From NCBI RefSeq assembly GCF_022045235.1, contig NW_027266343.1:18290001-18354000 (forward strand): 64,000 bases of DNA, in the 5' to 3' direction. How positions within the stretch are numbered: the stretch's first letter is position 1; each line of letters begins with the position of its first letter. A program made the position numbers and the translations under genes. The stretch comes from Haliotis cracherodii. Taxonomy: Eukaryota. A model generated the notes under the pieces. The model was given only the letters and a program-made list of their open reading frames with translations. It did no database searches and was not told the DNA's origin. This document shows positions 39,132 to 52,006 of this stretch, in pieces.

Positions 39132-40765
39132 ATGGATGTGCCCTACAGGTGCCCGAAGTGTGGAGACGGGAAGGTGTTTCCTGTACTGCATGATTTAAAG
39201 AAGCATTTGTCACAGGAACATTCTTACGTGCCAAGTCCGAGAAAAAGGATACAAGTTTTCAATGGAAACACAGACAAATCTGGGCGTTTTTCGCCATTGC
39301 TTCAGTCATTCTTTGATGAGGGAAAGCGTCTTGAAAATGAACTTCTAAAAGCCAAAGATCTTGAAATGAACAATAAACGGAAGAGATATGGAGGAAAGGG
39401 TCCAGGTAGCTTTAGCAATAGCGATATGATGTCAGTGAGTTCTGAATTTGTGAAACCTTCAATTGTAGCATTCCAAGATGATCATTTGAAGAATACATTA
39501 AATAGTATGACTCAAGAAGTGACTCTCAGTCGACAGAAGCAGTGGAAGACTGCTGATGCTTTGATTAAAGCTGAGGAAGTGTTGGTGGGTGTTGGACAGG
39601 CTGCCGAGATGCGGTGCACGGAACAGAAGAATGTGATTCAGAAGCTGAGTGCAGACCTGAAGGCAAAGGAGAAGGATCTGAAGAAGTCGCAGGAAGAACT
39701 GGATAGGCTCAAGAAGGAGCAGAACCAGCTGATTGAAAGTTCTGAGATCCTGTCCAGGAAGACTAATGATGAAAGTCAGAGGCTGAGTGAAGAACTAGAA
39801 GCAAAGGAATCTCAGTTGAGCAGGATTAATGTCCAGCTGTCACGACTCCAAGACAATGGTCTTGAGGACTGGGCAGCCAAGCAGAGTCATGGTCCTTCAT
39901 GGAAGTCTCACAAGGATGCTAAAAATATGATGATGGAGAGGAGCATGATGAGGAGGCGAGCTGAGATGAATGTGCATGGATTGAGGGACAACATTGATCA
40001 GTTCGAGACTAGGAAGCCAAGGACTGAGGCACGAAGATTTCAAACTCAAGAATATGATACAATGAGCCATCGGGATTCCTCGTTTGAGAAGGCTGAGGAG
40101 GAGATTGGTGAACTCGACATCTTGAGTCAGGAACTGAGGAAGATGCAGAGGGATGCTGTGTTAAAGATGCAGGAAAAAGATAAGGAATTGATTCGTGCAA
40201 GGAAAAGATCTGAAAAGTTGGAGAAAGACCGATTGGTTCTTCTTCATGAAATGGATGACTTGTTATCCAAAGCAAATATTGATAACGAGAGTCTGAAATC
40301 AGAACTCCGCCGCAAAAATGAAGAATTGCATGAATTTAATTCCGATCTTGAAGAAGCTAAAAAGGAACAGACTAAACTTGTTGGAGAAACATTTGAGTTG
40401 TATCGTGAAGCAGATAAAAATATTGCCAAGTTAAAAGAAATGCTGGCCTTGAAAGATTTTCAGCTGAAAGCTGCAAACGAGAAGCTCAATCAATTTCAGG
40501 TGGCTAACGAGCATCTGTTGGCTGAGAGTGAGAGCATTGTACAACACGCCGATGAGAAAGGGAGTATTATGGAGTCGATGTTGAAGACAACGGAGAAGAG
40601 TTTACAAATGATGGAGAAGGAGTTAGATGACACAAAACGGGAGAAGGATAAACTTCTTGAAGAAGCTGAAACTCTGAAGCAAGAGGTTGTGGACAGGACG
40701 AAGTCAGTGGCTGAGTTGCAGCAGGAGGTTGTGATGAAGGAAGAGGAACTTCAGAAAACCAACAA
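39132..40765 (+). CDS. FBXO41: FBXO41-like gene, coding exon 1 (C2H2 zinc finger + long coiled coil)
   Basis: ATG at 39132 gives MDVPYRCPKCGDGKVFPVLHDLKKHLSQEHSY, matching the FBXO41/ZNF365 N-terminal finger (LPYRCPRCGEHKRFRSLSSLRAHLEYSH). About 400 aa of heptad-rich E/K/L sequence follow. Donor AA|GTAAGA, phase 2. The exon probably starts at the acceptor TTTCTTGCAG|38815 as 5' UTR. Confidence 0.93.
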
Positions 40766-42803
40766 GTAAGACCTTAACATAGTTTTACTAAGATGATAAT
40801 GTATGGTTATTGTGTACTATTGAAGAAGAAAATATTAACCAGCAAAGTGAGTCCAAAGTAAATTAGGAGATACACTTATTGTACTCAATCTGAGGTCACA
40901 CATTGTTTATTTTTTGTTTTGTTTCAGCCCCTACTGAAAAGCGACCGGTAAAATAAATAGATAAATTTATTCTTATCTTTATTTCAACTGACCTTGTGTG
41001 GAAGAGCTGGAATAAATCTGTGGAACATTAACTTAGAAAAATGTGGCCTAAATTGCCTGGAGATTAAACTCGATAAATTGAATTTGAAACTGAACTCATG
41101 GCATATCATGTGATCATATTATTTTGTAATGCCTATTGACTAATGGAGAGAGAAGTACTTTTCTATTAATATAAACTTCCATCAAATCAGCTGTGTCCAT
41201 GAGAGGTGGGTATTCACATTTGAAACATCTGATTAAGTATTTTCCAAAAAAAAAGAATAAGCTTCAGGTGTCCACAGACAACCTTTACATTTTGTACTAA
41301 ATGCAGCTATTTTGCAAGCAGTGGATTATTCATTATTCAAGGGTTGGGGGTGGGGACTGGGGGTTGGGGAGTAGGGAGTAGGGAGTAGGGGAAGCAACAG
41401 AGGTTATTAATGTCACTAATGTCAAAATGAAAATCATGGGATGTGAAAGACAGATTTTGTTATTAAAACATTATTTATATTACAATGTAATTAAACTGGA
41501 CTTTTCGGTTGAATGATTTTACCAACCAGAGCCAAAAGCCAGAATCAGAAAATACAATAACTGCACCAGTATACAACTACAAAAAAGGATACAAAATATT
41601 AGTAATGATCAAACAATCTCTGGCTACTGCACACAGCCTCTCGTCTAACAAAGCCAAGCCTTCTACCAATACAACACTCCCTGCAGTTAAAACAGGAGTA
41701 GCATTTAGTCACCCCAAGCGACTTCATGCCAACTAAGGTAAAAGAGTTAATGAGCGACATAATTGTTTTGATTATTTTTGTATTGTCTGACTCCAACTGA
41801 GTAGTGGTGGAGCTAATTAGTTAATTGCTTGATGTGGACATTCAAAATGATTATCAATTGCCAATATATCGAAGCAACAAAGCAGTTCTGTGAAAGAATG
41901 CAGTATACCGGACACTTTCTACCATTTTGGTAAGGGATGTGCATGTGCTCATTCCTTAGTAATGTTTTTCAGACGCCATTTTTGTCATCTCGCTAAACAA
42001 CTAGGGGTTTAGGGTGCTTGCCCCCCACTCAATGGCTTGAATTATATGCTTTTTTTAAATAAATGAAATGTTTAATTACCAAAGTAGATACAAAATACTT
42101 TATTAGCATCAAACAAAAATGGCGGATTGGTGTCCATTATGATGTCTATGTACTGCAGTTCTGTATGTGACATTTATTGTGTAGCAGGTTTTCAGCCTGC
42201 CCAACAACTTGCACAAACAGTCTGTCTATCAAGCACCATAACAGTTATCATCAATAATACATCTCATTAGTATGTTATTCTTTTTCATTGTATGTTACCA
42301 ACTGTTGCAGCTATCGTTGGATCATAGGTTTTCAGACATCATACGTTTTTGGACGGCCATGTTTATCACGACTACTTGTGCAATAACGGGGGGTGTAGCA
42401 TCACACTGACATTGTTAATACTCAGATCATGGCTTGTTTTTAAGAGAAAGTTCACTTTTTTTAGTGAATGAGATGTTTTACAGCTGTTCATATGATTAGA
42501 GAGAAAATTATGAATGTTTCTTAAGCATAACGCAAGGATAATTTTCACATAATAGAAATATTAAATACTCTATCATCATGAAATGATAACATGGTCAACT
42601 GAACGGGTCCTGACTTTAGGGGCATTTAGAGTCAAATATCGCAGCGAGGCATATAGCCCTTATTGTAATTTGAATAATTGCCAATTTGAGAGTTCTGATT
42701 GTCCATTTGAAAAATTCATGTAGATAACTACTGCTACCAATTGGATAGCAAAAATCTAAAAAAAACAAACATAAAATAAACCATGAGTGGTGTTCTGTTC
42801 CAG

Positions 42804-42972
42804 TGATCTACAAACCCTCCAGACATTCCTGCAGACAACTGCAGCCAAAGAGACAGTGGCACGTCAGGAACTGGAAAAATTCATCATGGAGTTGATTGAG
42901 AGAGCAGGCAAGGCAGAGAAAGAGTTGCGGGCCCTGAAGCGAAGAGTCCGGGCAGCGAGTGAAGAGTCTCAG
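42804..42972 (+). CDS. FBXO41: FBXO41-like exon 2 (conserved end of coiled coil)
   Basis: Acceptor TTCTGTTCCAG|T matches phase 2. DLQTLQTFLQTTAAKETVARQELEKFIMELIERAGKAEKEL resembles FBXO41 FLKETAAREASAKLRLQQFIEELLERADRAERQL. Donor CAG|GTATGG, phase 0. Confidence 0.92.
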
Positions 42973-43789
42973 GTATGGAGTGTCATGAAAGGAGGGACTT
43001 GTATGCACAGCTAGCTGTATTTTAGATGTATACTGTGGCGTCCAGTAAACAACCCGAGTCAGGTAGACCGGTGGTTGATAGCATGAGCACCGATCCATGC
43101 GACCAGGTCATGATGACATGCTTTCAACCCTGCTGTCACATTACCTTACCAAATTTCCCTTGCTTTTCATGTGAATTGGGTGGTCACAACCTGTGACAGG
43201 GCAAACTGCGTGTAATTGTATCTTGATTTGAATGGATTACCGTTCATGGTGTATGCTGACCTACATAATATTGTTTTTTTACCTACAAAAACAGTCGTAA
43301 ACTAAAACATAGAACAAGTACTCCTCCATTTACTCCCAGCAATGTACAAGCTTGGAAATGGCTGACATGTTAGGTGCTGACGTTTTGCAGAGATGCCAAT
43401 GTTGGCGAAGCCCTTATGATGTTTCTAATGATGATTTTGAAAAATGACCAAGTTTAGACACTAGTTATCCCAGACATTCCTTTTGGCATCCCGAATACTG
43501 CAAGAAAATCTGCAGTTTTCATTGCACTGTATCAATACTATTGGCCAGTGGAAATACAATATTTCGCAAGTAATTATATAACAATAGTTATAATGCCCAA
43601 GCTAATTCTGCTACTGATATGTCACTGTGACATATCAACAGAACATGTCTTATACAGAAAATCAATAATCACAATACTAAATGACCAGTTTGACCAGACC
43701 TTTTTGAAGGGACAATGGAAGCCCAGTAGTCTAAGGCACTGCGATTTGCCTTGCACAGTTGAATCCCTTAGGTATGACAGGATCTTTTA

Positions 43790-43960
43790 GGGGCGGTCGA
43801 GTAGCCTAGTGATTAAAGCGTTCGCTTGTGACACCAAAGACCCGGGTTTGATTCCCGATATGGGTACAATGTGTGAAGCCCATTTCTAGTGACCCCCGCC
43901 ATGATATTGCTGGAATATTGCTCAAAGTGGCGTAAAACCATACTCACTCACTCATTCACT
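43790..43960 (+). mobile_element. SINE family A
   Basis: Full-length + strand copy with (CACT)n tail. Confidence 0.9.
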
Positions 43961-44557
43961 TTAGGCTTTTCTACTACAATAAGCAGATATTCTGTGATAC
44001 ATTTCAAACAGCATTAAACCCAACTTCATAACTTACGCGTAAAGCCATGGGCCCTCTTGCACAGAGCAGCTTTAGCACTAAGAATGTGATTGCTCCAATA
44101 CTTTAGCATAGGCCTACAGTAGTGGTAGTGTTGTATTTTGATGTGCTGACCCTGATGTGTTAAATTAACAATTGTTGGACCGGGAGGTTGGAAACAGCAA
44201 TCATACATGATATATTTTGACATGTTTGCATCGATTGAGACAGTTAATCAATTGCTAAACCTTTTCCATTGTTCTGCAACCTGTTACCCAAATCGTGCAG
44301 TGAATTTCAAAGTCAGGCTTTACACATTGTGTTCACCAACTGACTGCATGTACACAGGGACGGCTGATGCAGGATGGGATTAGGACTGTAAGCCAATTAC
44401 TAGAAAAACTATGCGAGAAAACAGAACCAAAATAAGTACAAAAAGGTCAATCATAAAGCCACACTTTTTTATATTGTTTACATATTATTTTCTTAAAAAC
44501 TAGCATAATATGATAAAACTAAACATGTGAAGCGCATGTTAAGTATGCAAATCTTTT

Positions 44558-44736
44558 TGGTTTGATTTTATGCCGCTTTTTGCAATATTCCAGTACTATC
44601 CAGGGGTTGGGGGGTGGGGGTGGGGTTTGGGGACACCAGAAATGGGCTTCACACATTGTACGCATGTCAGGGAATCGAACCCGGGTCTTCGGCGTTAAGA
44701 GCGAACACTTTAACCACTAAGCTACCTGACCGCCCC
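44558..44736 (-). mobile_element. SINE family A with internal G-rich expansion
   Basis: Same consensus, with GGGGT repeats in the body. Confidence 0.85.
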
Positions 44737-45476
44737 TGTTGTGTCACTAGTTCCCCTAGTAATTTCCTCCAGCATTGATTATCAAGCATATACACTCCTG
44801 GTAATATAATAGTATATCCTGCCGATGGCACCTGTATCGTCCATGCAGATGTGTCACACTGTATATATATGTGTGTTGTATTGCACACATGGCGAGGGGA
44901 GGCCGATCTGTTGACAACAGCTGTGTGGCTACAGTATGTGACATTCACCAGGAATGTCAGGCTATTTTCCTGTCAGTGTTGAGTTACCTCACATTGATTT
45001 TAATGAGGTGATGTTATTTTTCCTGCATATCTGTAAGGTCGTATTACAAGACAGATGTGTTCGATCAACTTACGCCCATTTAAGATGACCTCAGGCTTAA
45101 GTTCAGTTCGTGTGGAATAACATCTAGTATTCTGTGTATTTTCAGGAAAATGTAACAACAAAGCCTTCTAATCAACAGGCATTTACTTTTTATCCCCCGC
45201 CCCAACAAAGTTGGACTTCTATAAGGGTGGTGTTCGTTTCCGGAGCATAACTAAAAAAACGTTAAATACTTTCTTACAAAACTTTGCATGTCTTCCAGGC
45301 ACATACTGAACAGGTGTCTTTTGCTATTTAGGAATTTTATAAATTTTTATTTTTTATGTTTCCATGGCAACAAGACAGAACGTGTTAAAATGGGCGAGGG
45401 ATATAGACTATACGTTATATGAGTATACGCTTGCTGAAATGAAATCCTTATTTATCCTGATTTGATAGAATGAAGA

Positions 45477-45634
45477 GTGAGTATGGTTTTACTCCGCTTT
45501 TAGCAATATTCCAGCAATATCATGGCGGAGAACACCAGAAATGGGCTTCACACATTGTACCCATGTCGGGAATCGAACCCAGGTCTTCGGCATGACAAGC
45601 GAACGCTTTAACCACTAGGCTACCCGACTGCCCC
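45477..45634 (-). mobile_element. SINE family A
   Basis: 13-bp TSD GATAGAATGAAGA. Confidence 0.93.
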
Positions 45635-46202
45635 GATAGAATGAAGAAAAGTTGTGAGAAATAGCGTGTGAGTCCTATGACCTTCTGAAATGGAATATTT
45701 TGCCAGAGTTTGCACTCTTTTTTCAATATATATTTTGATGAACCAATAAAAAAATTATAAAAGCCAAACATTAAATGAATAATTTTTGGGAATGATAAGG
45801 AAAAAAAATAATGTTAGCATTAACTTTTTGTGTATGATCATATGACTTGTTTTTGTGGATATAAAGGGTTTTGTCCTTTGGAATTCCCGCAAAGGAATCA
45901 TCCTTTTAATATTTTTGGGGCCTGGGATTTTTTGTTTGCCACAGAAAATGTTTTCAGTCCTACATTTTTTCTTTGAAAGGAAACAATATTTTTACTAAAT
46001 ACATGTTCTTCACATCTTCCAACAAACCCAGTGGACAAGTATGTGTGTGTAAAACCAGAGGATAAAAGACTTTTTAACCTGATTTTCATAAAGTTTTAAA
46101 AAAATGCCAGAGTTATTCTCCTGATGATCCTGTGAGATTTGCCTAAACAAGATGAGTCTAATCACTGGGTTCCAGCTCACTGACATGCATTTATTGTTGC
46201 AG

Positions 46203-46282
46203 AGCCTGGGATCGACACATATACCTAAGGCACTACACAACACACTCACAGAGCCGGTCCTCTACACGGACAATCCACAGGG
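46203..46282 (+). CDS. FBXO41: FBXO41-like exon 3 (80 nt, not in ORF track)
   Basis: Branch-like CACTGAC, acceptor TTATTGTTGCAG|, open frame SLGSTHIPKALHNTLTEPVLYTDNPQG, donor GG|GTAAGA. It supplies exactly the phase 0 to 2 shift needed between exons 2 and 4. Confidence 0.8.
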
Positions 46283-46863
46283 GTAAGACAAGGTCATTGT
46301 GATGCTTAGTATACGTTCCCGGCTCCCATAAGTAAATGTTAGCTTGTAATGTGTTTTCTTGAGCTCACCTGACTGTAAGTGAAGTGTTCTTGTGTTCTGA
46401 CCTGTTTGCTGGTTGTGCAACATGTGTGATACACATCTTCTTCTCATTAGCTACAGGTGGGTTCCAAGGAACAATGAAGCTTGTTCCCACCAATGATGAC
46501 ACCCCGCTTTGTTCAAGAGGTTCAAACCTGGTTATTAATACAATCAACATTGTATGCCTTATCATAGAAATATCAGATAAATCTAAAATACGTTTTTCTG
46601 TTCAATTGGTTTCAATCATTCCAACGTCCACACTCTTTTGAGTCCATTTTGCATCCATTCTTACTTTTTATGTGGTTAATCCAGACTGAGGCATTAGGCA
46701 GTGCATTAATTGAGGTGGATTCTGCATGCACTCCTGGAGTTTTTTTAATGTAGTGTTGACATCAAGGTACGCCAAAATGTTTAACAGATATTATCTTAAC
46801 TTTGAACACAGGTAGGTAGGAAAATATTTGAAATGTGATTTTAATGATGTGATTTCTTGTCAG

Positions 46864-49072
46864 CATCCCAAAGGAAGTACGAGGGCCACCAACAGCAGCA
46901 CCTAGAGGCAAGACCAAGGATAGGACCAAGCCTCATGCAGACAACCAAGCAGACATATCAGGACCAACTGAAGACAGTCATTTACACACTGGATCAGCTG
47001 AAAGAACATCTCATAGACCAAGTAACCCTGACTTCACTTCCAGAGAGCACCGGGGCATGAGATCTGGGAGGGTTCCATTGCTAAATGCCAAGGATAATGT
47101 ATCAGATGGGACTCACCAACCTCAGAAGCAATCAGTTCACAGAAGTGCAATAGGTGGTCAGACTGCAGTGATTAGACCAGGGTCAGTTGTCATGGATGGT
47201 TCTGAAGGTGCCCTAGGGAGACCTGCTATGTCAGAGATTGCTGTCCAGACATTGTCCGAAATGGCTACTCAGACAGATGAGTTTCCAGGTGACCAGGACA
47301 CCAGTAAGATGAAAAATGAGGAGAAATATGCAGAAAGACTGGGTGAAAAGCCAAAAGAAATTGTAGGCAATGGTTCAAACAAACATCAAACACATTTGGA
47401 TGAGAAATTATGTCGTGGTTACAAGATAGCTGTAAATGAAAATAATCATTTAGTTTTGCAGTTAGATAAAGACAAAGAACTGAGCATTCAAAGAAAAGCA
47501 GCAATTACAACAAATGCAGAAAGAATACAAAAAGAAGTTAAATGTTCTGAATGTTCCAAATTAGAAAGTGTATCTGAACAAGAAAGGGTTTCTACACTTC
47601 AAGGGAGCCCAGTTCCAATCCATTCCAGCACACCAAAGAAGCCAGTTAGAACAAAGAAGCCAAGGGCTGTATGTAGACACTGTCTTCATCTAACATCCAG
47701 CACTGACACAGATTCCGGGGACTCAGACATGGAACCAAAGCCAAGACATTCCAGTAGTAATCCTGGTTCAGCTCGAGCTGCAGTCCTGGCAAGAATTATG
47801 TCAGGTCAAGGCCAAGGAGAGGAAAAGCTATGGCAAGGCCTGGAAACAGATGCCACACAGAGGAATGCAATACCATCTTGGAGACAAGATGTGATCGCAA
47901 ACAGGCAAAGAGACAGTGTTGCTGTGCGACCAAAAACATTTGGTTTTGATCGTATTCGTAACCCAAGAACAAATTTTGGTTGTACAGATCCCATTCCACA
48001 TTCTCGGTCTACTGGAAGAGAAACAAGGCCCTCACAAAGGACATATGACAGTCCTGAAAGGTTGAGAACAGGTGCTTTGTCTCAAAGAACTGGAACAACA
48101 CATGAGGCAGATAGGTTTGCTTCTGCCACTAGGCCATCACTGGAAGACAGAAGGAAAGAAAGTCGGGGTGAATCTATTTTCCAGGTTAGAAAGGAAAAAG
48201 GTGACAATTCTCGGGACAAGTTGCTTTCCGACAGAATTGACAGATTGGAAGACATGATAACAGAGGCTAGGTCAAAATCTGACGAGAAGCTTGGGAAGGT
48301 GCTACATGAAGTGACATCAGATCTTGATCAGACCAAAAGTTCCTCAAGAGAAAATATACAGAGATTGAGAGATTCTATAAAGCCAAGACTGAAGCTGGAG
48401 AAGCCTAAGGTCAAGAACCCAGCAGGCAGATCAGAAGGTGCAGGAGCTGCTCAACAGAGAGATTCCAGACATCTTGACAGTGCTACTGACCTGAATCCAC
48501 ATTCTCCAGACAGTTATGTCGGTCTTCCTGCAAGTACACACAGAGACACTGTCAGGGAACAAGTGTCAAAGTCAGACTCAACATACAGATCATCAGAACC
48601 TGGGATGGTAATCAGGAACAAGTTCTATGACCAGAACCAGACTGACCCCCCGAACTTTGGGTCTCTGCCAATATCAGGATCAGCATCAAAGTTTGATTCT
48701 TATCCATCCGAGTCAGCATCATACCAATATTCATCAAACCCTCTGGCTGGCCTCCATAGGCCACAGATTTATCCCAGGACAGATCTTCAGCCTAACATGG
48801 TTTCTAGTGGAGTTGGAGAAAGAGTGTCTCCTCATGTGACTCCATTGTTAAGTAATAGACAGAATTATGAACACTTTCCTCGTATGCCATACAGTCAGTA
48901 TGCTGGGGGTTATGCTGGGGTGTCTGGTTTCGAGTATTCAGATCCCAGTTTACAACACTACTATCAACCAGACAGACTGTTTCAAGGTGAAGCAGAGTAC
49001 CACCACAACCAGTATGGTCGTAGGACGGAAGATGAGTTGCATCTGCCTCCCTCACACAAGCTTCACAGACAG
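46864..49072 (+). CDS. FBXO41: FBXO41-like exon 4 (2.2-kb disordered linker exon)
   Basis: Acceptor TTTCTTGTCAG|C. The frame is open from 46865 (IPKEVRGPP...) into the 47057 ORF. Donor CAG|GTACAG, phase 0. Confidence 0.82.
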
Positions 49073-49968
49073 GTACAGTGGATTCATACAGTTCAGAATA
49101 AAATTTATAATTACTCGTGAAACAATCCAGCTATCTGATTTGCTAGTCACCGTCTTGTTAAAGATCCCTGCATGTAAGCTGGATGTTTGTATGGAGATCA
49201 TGAATGTTTAATGTGACATCCCTTACTTAACTTGTCATTATGAACCTTTCCACTTTAAGTTATCATAATAAGTCAATGGCTGTAATAAGATATATCTAAA
49301 GTTAAGATTAAATAATTTCATGAATAAATAATCTAAATAACCTGTGAATTTGTAATGAATCAAGCTGGAGGTAACAGATTTTACTGGCTGAAAGACGATT
49401 CCGATTGTAAAATCCCTTACACCACAGAATGGTTTGTGACACATGTAATGTCAACTTTCAAATCATTCATTGTGTTCGTCACTGATATTCCTTATCTGGT
49501 GCAAATCTCTTCTGATGTAGAAACCTCACTTTCTGGAAGACACAACAGTTAATGTCTGTGTATAACCTGCACTGGTATGACAAATTCAGTGGAACATTGT
49601 AGTCCACAGTCCTGGGAACCATTGGAAATGTATTGAGTTATGTGTAATATCTGCTATCTTCAAGTATAAGTAATATCTTTTCAAGCACCTGAACCACAAT
49701 TTCACATTGAAAGAATAAGGAAGTTGAAATACAGTTCTCTATTGTTTTGAGTTCTGATATTGATGTTAGTGCATGTAGGGTTTCTTCCAGGACCATGAAA
49801 CAGTTGTCTAAAACAACATGTAGAGTTTTCTCTTGGAATGGATGAAAGTCATCTGACTTATTTTATATGCTGCCTCATTGAATCCTCAACAAATTAGGTA
49901 CCAAGTATTCAAGATCTGTATATGCCTGCTGATACAAATTCTTGGCATAAAGTGAATTCTGTTCACAG

Positions 49969-50032
49969 ATGCAGCCACAAGGTCAAGAAACATTGATGAA
50001 GGGTATCAGTCAACCAAGAAGGAGCAATAAAG
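49969..50032 (+). CDS. FBXO41: FBXO41-like exon 5 (short; donor position uncertain)
   Basis: Acceptor TTCTGTTCACAG|ATG, phase 0. Phase-1 donors AAAG|GTCTTG (50032) or AGG|GTATCA (50002) both fit the next acceptor. Confidence 0.6.
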
Positions 50033-50149
50033 GTCTTGTAAATTTTCATGTTGGCATGTGTATAAGATCATCTGAAATAATGTTGTTAGAATTAAATCTT
50101 CTTTATTTTTTACAGTATAGTTTAATTTTTTTCAACTTTTTCACTTCAG

Positions 50150-52006
50150 AATTGTCAAAAAAGATGGCAGCATTTGCTGAAAGTTCTGGAAATACATCAA
50201 TAGATAGTGAGCTATCAGGTGGTTTGGAGCTCTCCATTGATGAAAATGGAATCATGTGGGATGATGATCAAGCAGACACGACATATGCCTCAGAAGACCT
50301 GGACTCCTTCCGTCTGAGTCCGTCTGGCAGTGAGACTGCAGGTGATGTGGACTCGTCCTTGCTTCTGTCAGGATCTGGGTCCCAGCCTGCTCCTGCAAAA
50401 GGAGGAGAAGGTCACAGGCAGATGCTGGAGGAGATTGCCGAGACAGATGAGGAGTCATCTTATCAGGGATTACCAGCAGCTCCTTCTAAAGGTCAAAATG
50501 GTGTCAGAATTGGTAAAGGTCATATCGGTGGTAGAGGAACAACTAGTTCAGAGCTGAGGAGAGATAAAGGAGGAATGGTGAGCGATATCATGTCAGTGAG
50601 GGACAAGATGATGAAGTACCTGGAGGAAGATAAGGGAACAAAACCGAAATTCCCAGCCAGTGCCAGAAGCAGAATACAGGAAAAACAGCCAGAAAGAAAA
50701 ACTACTCCGAGCAGGACAAATGAATTGAACAACGGTCAGGGAAAACCATCTTTGCCTGTGTACGAAAAGGACAGGGCACTAGCAGAGAATGGTAATAATA
50801 AAATTCACAATGAATTTAATTCTGAAGCTAACTTCAAGTCTTCGTATGCTTTTGACTCTTCTGATGATCTGTCCTCCAGTAGCTGGTCGCCAGTAAAACC
50901 TACATCAAAGTTTGAAAGGGCAGATTCTATTGATACTGACCATGATGTGATTATCATGGCTCAGGAACCATCAAAAGAAGATTCAAATAAGGCTACAGCA
51001 AGAAAAGTTCCAAAACACAAAGTCATCGTCAGAGATGAAAATGAGGTGGTTGAAGAGATGATCCTACCTAGGTCTAGATCACGCCCTAAAATGTCTCTAG
51101 ACGGTATGTCAAGGAGGCTAGATTTGCTGAGTTCATCCTCTGAATCTCTGAACCTGTCTCCAAGGAGGAAGCCTTTTGTCAAGAAGCGAGAGATAAAAGA
51201 AGTGACTAATCAGGACAAACGGGTCACTCCAGTTCCACAAGATCAGCTGATTTGTGAGCAGCCTAACACAGAACACATTTCTGAAGAGAGACATTGTGAC
51301 AATCCTAAAGATGTGCCAGCTGAGGACCAATACTTGCAGTCATCATTTGCTGATTCAGGAGTCTGTCCTGACACGAAACCTTCTAGACTGTTGGATGATG
51401 TTCAAGTTCCTCCACAGTCAGATGCTATAGACAGTTCTGATGCAATCAAGCCAGATGAAGTGCAGTCCGATGCTATGGACAGCTCTGATGCAATCAAGCA
51501 AGATGAAGTGCAGTCTGATGCTTCGGACAGCCCTGATGCAATCAACCATGATGTAGTGCAAGTTCGGCCTCAGTCAGATGCTATGGACACCCCTGATGCA
51601 GTCAATGTCGATATAGCTGCAGATGATCGTAAGGACAACCTGGGAAGGAAAGGTCAAAGTGTGACTTCCTCACTCAGTTTTGACTCAACGGATGATCTGG
51701 CCAAATATGACAACGTTCCTCTGAAACAGGCCCAGCCTCTTCGAGCCACATTTGCTGATGATGTCACAACTGATGATGAGTTGTCAAGGGATGACATTCT
51801 GGACAAGCCTGGAGGTTCAGCTCCTCCCTACAGAGAGGAGAGCACAGACTTTGATTTTGAATCTGATCTGGAGCGATTCAGTACACCTTTCAAGCTAACC
51901 AGGGGCCATAAGATCTCCAAGAAGAACAAGGTCCTCACCCACAAAAAGGCCCAGCCAAGGGGCGGAAGTGCTAGTCGCAAAAGTGTCCCAAAATTTCATG
52001 TTGATG
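50150..52006 (+). CDS. FBXO41: FBXO41-like exon 6 (1.86-kb acidic/Ser-rich linker exon)
   Basis: Strong acceptor TTTTTCACTTCAG|AA, phase 1. Long open frame. Donor GATG|GTGAGA, phase 1, fits the F-box exon. Confidence 0.85.

Noticed and set aside
45146-45250. Extra FBXO41 exon after TTTTCAG
   Set aside because: No convincing donor in the required phase. The 46203-46282 exon already resolves the phase.
46857-47060. Separate 67-aa ORF
   Set aside because: Alternative frame overlapping exon 4. The true frame is open from 46865.
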